In this document: one piece after another, positions 58,493-64,000 of the stretch
How the letters are laid out: each line of letters begins with the position of its first letter
How positions within the stretch are numbered: the stretch's first letter is position 1
Notes under the pieces: model-generated
Seen by the model: only the letters and a program-made list of their open reading frames with translations
Told to the model about the DNA's origin: nothing
Databases searched by the model: none
Made by a program: the position numbers and the translations under genes
Assembly (NCBI GenBank): GCA_030650425.1
Contig: JAUSED010000012.1
Location: forward strand, 142,107 to 206,106
Reading direction: 5' to 3'
Source of the DNA: Candidatus Omnitrophota bacterium
GTDB lineage: Bacteria; Omnitrophota; Gorgyraeia; Gygaellales; Profunditerraquicolaceae
DNA length: 64,000 bases

Positions 58493-61400
58493 ATGGATAA
58501 TAAAGAGATAAATATACTTCTGGTGGAAGATAATCCCGGAGACGCGCGGCTGGTAGCTGAGATGTTAAGGGAGTGCGGGGTTCCTTTATTTAAGATTACT
58601 CATGCCAAAAGGCTTGATGAATCTTTAGGCTTTCTTAGCCACGGGAAGTATGAAGTTATACTTTTGGATATGAACCTGCCTGATAGCCACGGTTTGAATG
58701 GTTTGGAGAGGATTACTAATCAGGCGCCGGAAACACCCGCTATAGTTTTGACAGGCATAAAAGATGATGCTACGGGCTTTGCGGCTCTTAAAAGTAATGC
58801 TGAAGATTATCTTGTGAAAGGAGAAATAAATGCGAATTCCTTGTCCCGCAGTATACGCTATGCCATGGAGCGTAAAAGCAAAGAGTCACAGCTTCAACGG
58901 CTTAACCGGACGCTTCGGGCTTTGAGTAACAGCAGGAAAGCGATGGTCTACGCTCAGAATGAACAGGCTTATTTAAATGAAGTCTGCAAGATTATAGCGG
59001 AAGATTGCGGGCATACTATGGTATGGATAGGCTTTGTTGAAAATGATAAAAATAAGACGGTGCGTCCGGTAGCCCAAGCCGGGCTTGAAAGCGGTTATCT
59101 TAAAACATTAAATATCACTTGGGCGGATACCGAGCGCGGACGCGGGCCCACAGGTACAGCCATTCGCACAGGCAAGCCCAGCATCTGCAGCAATATGCTT
59201 ACTGATCCTAATTTCAAGCCGTGGCTTAGAGAGGCAACGAAGAGAGGGTATGCTTCTTCGCTTGTCCTTCCTTTGGTTAACAATGGCAAGTCTTTTGGGG
59301 CAGTAAATATATATTCAAAAGAGGCCAATCCATTCTCCGAAGATGAAGTGCAACTACTTGGTGAATTAGCCGATGACCTTAGTTATGGGATAAGGGCAAT
59401 CAGATTGAAGGTTGAACATCAACAAGCGGAAGATAGCTTGCGGCAGACCCGCAATTATCTGGAAAATCTCTTTAATTGCGCGAACGCGCCGATCGTCTGC
59501 TGGGACATAAAATTTAAGATTACCCGTTTCAATCCCGCTTTTGAGCATTTGTCTGATTACAAAGCAGAAGAGGTCCTCGGTAAAAACTTGAGTATATTAT
59601 TTCCTAAAGGGAGCAGGGATAAATCGTTGCGCGAAATTAAACGCACCTTAGCCGGAGAGTATTGGGAAGTGGTAGAAATCCCTATTCTGCGTAAAGACGG
59701 GCGCATCCGCATAGCGCTTTGGAACTCGGCGAATGTATACGCGCAGGATGGGGAGACCCTTGTAGCCACTATCGCGCAAGGGCAGGATATTACGGAACGT
59801 AAGAAAGCCGAAGAAGAACTTTTGAAAGCCCACGAAGAGTTAGAGGAAAAGGTAATTGAGCGCACCAGCGAACTGATTAAAACAAACGAACAACTAAGCC
59901 GCGAGATTGCCGAGCGCCAGAATGTGGAAATGGAGATTCGGGCCAGGAATGCATTATTGAGGCTTGCCTCCCAGGTGGGTTCGCGGAAAGAATATTTGGA
60001 TGCGGTAATTAAGCTTTTTAAGTTTTGGAGCGGCGCCGGTTGCGTAGGCATAAGGTTATTGAATGAAGATGGGAATATCCCTTATGAATCTTATATAGGT
60101 TTTAGCCGGGAGTTCTGGGAGAAAGAAAACTGGCTTTCCGTTAAAGAAGATAAATGCGCCTGCATCCGTGTGATTACGGGAGAATTTACCTCCGCGGATG
60201 CTAAAGTTATTACGCCGAGAGGTTCATTCTATTGCAGGAATACCTTGGAGTTAGCTTCTTTTCCTCGAGAAGGCCAAGAGATTCAATTCCGTGGCCGGTG
60301 TATTAGAGAAGGGTTTAAATCTTTAACCATTATTCCGATACGCTTTAAAGAAAAAATCATCGGGGCAATTCACTTCGCGGATAAAAATAAAGATTTGCCT
60401 GAACCAAAGATGGTTGAGCATCTTGAATCATTGGCTATCTGCGTGGCCGAAGATATTATTAAATTTAACCTTTCGGCAAAGATAGTAAAGAGTAACGAAT
60501 TATTAGAAAGGTTTTTTTCCAGCACTAATTTCCATATCGCCTATATGGATATCGATTTCAATTTTATCCGCGTAAACCAGGCTTACTCGCAGATGGTCAA
60601 TCGTGCGCCTGATTTTTTTGTTGGAAAAAATCATTTTACTATTTATCCGGATGAGGAAAATGAAGATATTTTTAAGAAAGTTGTAGAGACGGGTAAGTCA
60701 TATACTACGTTTGATAAACCATTAGTTTACAAAGATCATCCTGAGAGAGGGATCACCTATTGGGATTGGAGCCTCCAACCGCTAAAAGATATTTCAGGCA
60801 AGGTGGAAGGGCTCATCCTTTTTTTGGTTGATACAACTAAGCGAAAACAAGCCGAAGAAGCGCTGGTAAAAGCGCAAATGCAGCTGGTTGAAGCCAGGCG
60901 GCTTTCCGATATAGGGACTCTTGCCGCAACCGTTGCCCATGAGTTACGCAATCCTTTAGCCGCGATACAAATGGCTTCCTATAACATTAAAAGAAAAGCC
61001 CAGAATCCATTGCTGGATAAGCATCTATTAACCATAGAAAATAAGGTTAATGAAAGTGAGCAGATTATCAGTAATTTATTATTTTATTCCCGTTTAAGGC
61101 CACCGCAGCATGAGAATATAAATATATGTGAAAGTATGAATGAATGTATCACATTGGTAAAAAGGCGTTTTGCGCAAGAAAAAATAAACCTCGATGTTAA
61201 TCTTAACTCAATTAAGAGGGTTTCTATTGAAGCAGATCCTCTGCAGATAAAGGAAGTATTCTGTAATATTTTAAATAATGCTTATGAAGCTCAGACAAAA
61301 GAGAATAAACGCGTAGAGATAAAAGCTGAAATAGAAGATAAGAGTGTTAAATTTATAGTGAAGGATAGCGGGGAAGGAATAGATAAAAATGATTTAGAGA

Positions 61401-61570
61401 GGATATTCGATCCTTTCTTTACCACCAAGGCCAGAGGGACCGGTCTGGGCCTTACTGTATGTAAACAGGTAATTAATCTTCACGGCGGTTCGATCAAGAT
61501 TGAGAGTGAAAAAGGCAAAGGGACGGTGGTTAGCGTAAGGTTGCCCATAAAAAAGGAGCTGGCATCGTAA
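58493..61570 (+). CDS. Multi-sensor hybrid histidine kinase (REC-GAF-PAS-GAF-PAS-HisKA-HATPase)
   Basis: N-terminal receiver. GAF/PAS-like segments. H-box AHELRNPL. G-boxes DSGEGI and GTGLGLTVCKQV. Confidence 0.85.
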   Translation: MDNKEINILLVEDNPGDARLVAEMLRECGVPLFKITHAKRLDESLGFLSHGKYEVILLDMNLPDSHGLNGLERITNQAPETPAIVLTGIKDDATGFAALKSNAEDYLVKGEINANSLSRSIRYAMERKSKESQLQRLNRTLRALSNSRKAMVYAQNEQAYLNEVCKIIAEDCGHTMVWIGFVENDKNKTVRPVAQAGLESGYLKTLNITWADTERGRGPTGTAIRTGKPSICSNMLTDPNFKPWLREATKRGYASSLVLPLVNNGKSFGAVNIYSKEANPFSEDEVQLLGELADDLSYGIRAIRLKVEHQQAEDSLRQTRNYLENLFNCANAPIVCWDIKFKITRFNPAFEHLSDYKAEEVLGKNLSILFPKGSRDKSLREIKRTLAGEYWEVVEIPILRKDGRIRIALWNSANVYAQDGETLVATIAQGQDITERKKAEEELLKAHEELEEKVIERTSELIKTNEQLSREIAERQNVEMEIRARNALLRLASQVGSRKEYLDAVIKLFKFWSGAGCVGIRLLNEDGNIPYESYIGFSREFWEKENWLSVKEDKCACIRVITGEFTSADAKVITPRGSFYCRNTLELASFPREGQEIQFRGRCIREGFKSLTIIPIRFKEKIIGAIHFADKNKDLPEPKMVEHLESLAICVAEDIIKFNLSAKIVKSNELLERFFSSTNFHIAYMDIDFNFIRVNQAYSQMVNRAPDFFVGKNHFTIYPDEENEDIFKKVVETGKSYTTFDKPLVYKDHPERGITYWDWSLQPLKDISGKVEGLILFLVDTTKRKQAEEALVKAQMQLVEARRLSDIGTLAATVAHELRNPLAAIQMASYNIKRKAQNPLLDKHLLTIENKVNESEQIISNLLFYSRLRPPQHENINICESMNECITLVKRRFAQEKINLDVNLNSIKRVSIEADPLQIKEVFCNILNNAYEAQTKENKRVEIKAEIEDKSVKFIVKDSGEGIDKNDLERIFDPFFTTKARGTGLGLTVCKQVINLHGGSIKIESEKGKGTVVSVRLPIKKELAS

Positions 61571-61578
61571 AGAGAATA

Positions 61579-61923
61579 TTGATGATTGATGATGATCTTG
61601 AACTCTGTCAGGAGCTGGATGAAATTTTGAAAGACGAGGGCTACTTGGTAGAATCCGTAGCAGACGGTTCTTTAGGAAAAACAGCGCTTATTAGTAATCC
61701 CTACGATCTGGTAATTATTGACTATCGAATGCCTTCGTTTAATGGGGTGGAAGTACTTAAATTTATTAAAGAAAAGGGCTTAAAGATTAAAGTGTTTCTT
61801 ATCAGCGGAAGGCCGTTTGTTGAAAAATTGCTTAAAGAGGAAGGCTTAAGCAGCCTGGTGACCAGCGTTCTTAATAAACCATTTTGTATTAAAACCCTGC
61901 TTGACAATATCAAGAGACTTTAA
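61579..61923 (+). CDS. Stand-alone response-regulator receiver protein
   Basis: MMIDDDLEL…DLVIIDYRMP motif. Confidence 0.75.
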   Translation: MMIDDDLELCQELDEILKDEGYLVESVADGSLGKTALISNPYDLVIIDYRMPSFNGVEVLKFIKEKGLKIKVFLISGRPFVEKLLKEEGLSSLVTSVLNKPFCIKTLLDNIKRL

Positions 61924-62656
61924 AAAATACTTAAGGAGGCCCTTGTCCCCGCGTATTTTTTCCCAAAACTCCCAGCCTTTTCAGGATAGAGAGGAAGCCG
62001 GCCGGCTCCTGGCTAAAGAATTAAGGAATTTAGGCGGTAAGGAAACGGTGGTCTTGGGTATTCCGCGCGGAGGGATGATCGTAGCAGCGGAAGTCAGCCG
62101 GCTGTTGGGAGCGGATTTAGATATAGTGTTAGCGCGTAAAATAGGCGCTCCGGGAAACCCTGAATTTGCTATCGGAGCTGTCTCCGAAGACGGCCGGGAA
62201 TTTGTTGATCAGAGTATTGCATTACAAGTTGGAGCGGATGAGTTTTTTATCCAAGAGGCCAAAGCAAGGCAGTTAGAGATGATCGCCAATCGTAAGAATT
62301 TATACCGCAAGGCCCAGCCTAAAGTCTCCTTAAAGCAAAGATTAGTTATTATTGTAGACGATGGTTTGGCGACCGGAGCTACTATGCAGGCAGCGCTTTG
62401 GTCAGCGCGGGAGGAAGGGCCTGGAAGCATTATAGCGGCTCTCCCTGTAGCTTCTAAAGATGGCTTAGAAAAAATAGCAGGATACGCGGATGAAGCGTTT
62501 TGTTTGCGCGCGCCGGATTACTTTAGCGCGGTGAGCCAATTTTATAGGCAGTTTCCCGAGGTAACCGATAAAGAAGTATTAGAAATTTTAGCGCGAATGA
62601 AATCCTTTAGGGAAAAAAGTCAGGAAAAAGCGGAACGCGAAAATTTACATAATTGA
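61901..62656 (+). CDS. Phosphoribosyltransferase-domain protein. The start is probably downstream of the track start.
   Basis: REEAGRLLAKEL…VLGIPRGG, and the PRTase motif VIIVDDGLATGATM. Confidence 0.7.
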   Translation: MTISRDFKKYLRRPLSPRIFSQNSQPFQDREEAGRLLAKELRNLGGKETVVLGIPRGGMIVAAEVSRLLGADLDIVLARKIGAPGNPEFAIGAVSEDGREFVDQSIALQVGADEFFIQEAKARQLEMIANRKNLYRKAQPKVSLKQRLVIIVDDGLATGATMQAALWSAREEGPGSIIAALPVASKDGLEKIAGYADEAFCLRAPDYFSAVSQFYRQFPEVTDKEVLEILARMKSFREKSQEKAERENLHN

Positions 62657-62725
62657 ATACTTCTTATAGTATAAGCCAATGGATAAGGATAAACCTTTGA
62701 AAAATCAATCACAAGGAGGAAGAAA

Positions 62726-63109
62726 TTGGCTAAAAATAAGAAAGTGCTGATCGTAGATGACGATAAGGGGTTCCTGGAGGAATTGGAAGAAAATCTTTCT
62801 CTGAGCGGTTATGATATGGTCGCGGTTAATGATCCGGTTTCATTTTTACCTATCGCTCTTAGGGAGAAGCCGGATATTGTCCTGCTTGACCTGAAGATGC
62901 CCGGTAAAAGCGGGTTTCAGTTGGCGGATGAGATGAGCAGGCTTTTTGAATTACAGAACGTCCCGATCATTGCCATGTCCGCTTACTTTAAAGACGAATA
63001 CCGTATGCTGATGAATGTCTGCGGCATAAAAAAATGCCTCAAAAAACCGTTTAATCCTTTAGATGTAATTTCTGAGATAGAAGGTGCGTTGGCGGAAAAA
63101 CAATTTTGA
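62726..63109 (+). CDS. Stand-alone response-regulator receiver protein
   Basis: VLIVDDDKGF…DIVLLDLKMPG motif. Confidence 0.75.
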   Translation: MAKNKKVLIVDDDKGFLEELEENLSLSGYDMVAVNDPVSFLPIALREKPDIVLLDLKMPGKSGFQLADEMSRLFELQNVPIIAMSAYFKDEYRMLMNVCGIKKCLKKPFNPLDVISEIEGALAEKQF

Positions 63110-63184
63110 TAACAATAAGGATGAGACACCCGGCGCTAATCGGAATTGCGCCGGTGTTGTGTCCGTACACAAGGAGAAGAAAAA

Positions 63185-63580
63185 ATGGCGGATTTAAAAG
63201 ATTTATTGCAAAGCGCTGACTGGAAAACAGAAAAACACGTTCCGGTGATTGAGGCGCAGGATTTGGCCAAGAAAGGGGAATTTTTTAAGATTACCGTCAG
63301 CGTAGGCAAAGAAATTCCTCATCCGAATAAAACGGAGCATTATATAAGCTGGATCGGGGTTTATTTCCAGCCGCAGGGAGAAAAATATCCTTATCAAATC
63401 GCGAAAACCGAGTTTACCAGCCATGGCGCCTCGATTAACGGCGCGGATACCAGCACGGTTTACACTCATCCTGAAATGTCAGCTGTTTTTAAGACAGATA
63501 AGCCGGGGGTAATTTACGCGTCAAGTTACTGTAATATCCACGGCCTCTGGCAAAGCAGCAGGGAATTAAAGATTGGATAG
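63185..63580 (+). CDS. sor: Superoxide reductase (neelaredoxin-type 1Fe-SOR). The start is refined to the ATG after the AAGGAGAAG SD.
   Basis: EKHVPVIE motif, internal His ligands, and C-terminal CNIHGLW. Confidence 0.8.
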   Translation: MADLKDLLQSADWKTEKHVPVIEAQDLAKKGEFFKITVSVGKEIPHPNKTEHYISWIGVYFQPQGEKYPYQIAKTEFTSHGASINGADTSTVYTHPEMSAVFKTDKPGVIYASSYCNIHGLWQSSRELKIG

Positions 63581-63610
63581 CATAAAATACAATTTAAGGG
63601 AGATTTATAT

Positions 63611-63796
63611 ATGAAAGCAATTGTAGATCAGGATAAATGTATCGGTTGCACTTTATGCACGCAGATTTCTCCGGAAGTTTTTAGAATGGAAGGGGATAAA
63701 GCTATAGCCTATACTAATCCGATTCCGGATGGATTAATCGATGCCTGCAAGGATGCAGCCAGCCAATGCCCGGTAGAAGCGATAACGGTGGCCTAA
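63611..63796 (+). CDS. fdx: Small [4Fe-4S] ferredoxin
   Basis: CIGCTLC…CP. 61 aa. Confidence 0.75.
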   Translation: MKAIVDQDKCIGCTLCTQISPEVFRMEGDKAIAYTNPIPDGLIDACKDAASQCPVEAITVA

Positions 63797-63800
63797 AAAG

Positions 63801-64000
63801 ATGACAGAACTTACCATAAAGATAGCAGGTGAGGCTGGCCAAGGCATGCAGACTATTGGCAGCGCCTTGTGCCGTGTATTCAAAAAAATGGGGTTGTATA
63901 TCTTCGCGAATCAGGATTATATGTCCCGGGTGCGCGGAGGAAATAATTTCTTCCAATTAAGGATTTCTGATAAGCCAATATATTGCCCGCTCCAGAAATC
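63801..64000 (+). CDS. Gamma-domain subunit of a 2-oxoacid:ferredoxin oxidoreductase (PorG/KorC-like), truncated at the window edge
   Basis: N-terminal IKIAGEAGQGMQT…SRVRGG pattern of OFOR domain III. Confidence 0.5.
   Translation, partial: MTELTIKIAGEAGQGMQTIGSALCRVFKKMGLYIFANQDYMSRVRGGNNFFQLRISDKPIYCPLQK

Noticed and set aside
1-64000. tRNA, rRNA, integrase, transposase or prophage genes
   Set aside because: No intergenic region showed tRNA-like T-arm/acceptor patterns or rRNA-like sequence. No product showed integrase or transposase motifs. The accessory Rhs/TA/Fic block therefore has no visible mobility gene in this window.

Overview
This is a gene-dense, low-GC bacterial window, coded almost entirely on the + strand. 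The gene content suggests an uncultivated anaerobe of the candidate-phylum type; that is inference only.

Contents in order:

1. Positions 145-10301 hold a multiheme c-type cytochrome island. It has the heme-ligation gene ccsA, four cytochromes carrying about 27 CXXCH motifs in total, two paralogous NHL beta-propeller lipoproteins, and a putative outer-membrane beta-barrel gene that looks split by a T9 homopolymer frameshift. A convergent minus-strand operon encodes a 7-heme cytochrome flanked by two 2TM-HAMP proteins.

2. Positions 10430-21511 hold a polymorphic-toxin island. It starts with a dockerin-like secreted protein that is translationally coupled to a 2502-aa Sec-signal Rhs/TcB-TcC-like giant protein. 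The Rhs has an SpvB N-terminus, FG-GAP-like repeats, YD repeats, an inserted LamG domain, an RHS core ending in DPxGH, and a glycine-zipper C-terminal toxin. After it come a small secreted immunity candidate, an AbrB-like/RelE-like toxin-antitoxin pair, and an excisionase-type HTH-Fic pair.

3. Positions 21699-28382 hold an HdrCBA-MvhD/FlxDCBA-type flavin-based oxidoreductase cluster, followed by a two-component pair.

4. A Thi4-like gene precedes an 11-subunit complex I operon (nuoABCDHIJKLMN with no nuoEFG), which ends in a long perfect hairpin.

5. Next are paralogous glycine-zipper and Tyr-rich secreted proteins, a TPR protein, an unlisted 43-aa desulforedoxin ORF, and a metallophosphoesterase-rubrerythrin fusion.

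6. Then comes a TolC-HlyD-2xABC-2xABC-2 permease export system behind a consensus sigma70 promoter.

7. Further along there is a Met/His-rich small membrane protein.

8. After these come DUF2062, GNAT-like, DedA and DoxX genes, and a dense two-component cluster: a Cache histidine kinase, a REC-GAF-PAS hybrid kinase, four stand-alone REC proteins, a REC-AraC regulator and a phosphoribosyltransferase.

9. The window ends with a superoxide reductase, a ferredoxin and a partial 2-oxoacid:ferredoxin oxidoreductase gamma-like gene.

A GGGGACACTTTCC/GGAAAGTGTCCCC hairpin element of about 90 bp occurs twice. An 18-nt motif, AAAAATAGAACCGTCCCC, recurs at three operon ends. No rRNA, tRNA, CRISPR, integrase or transposase was recognised.
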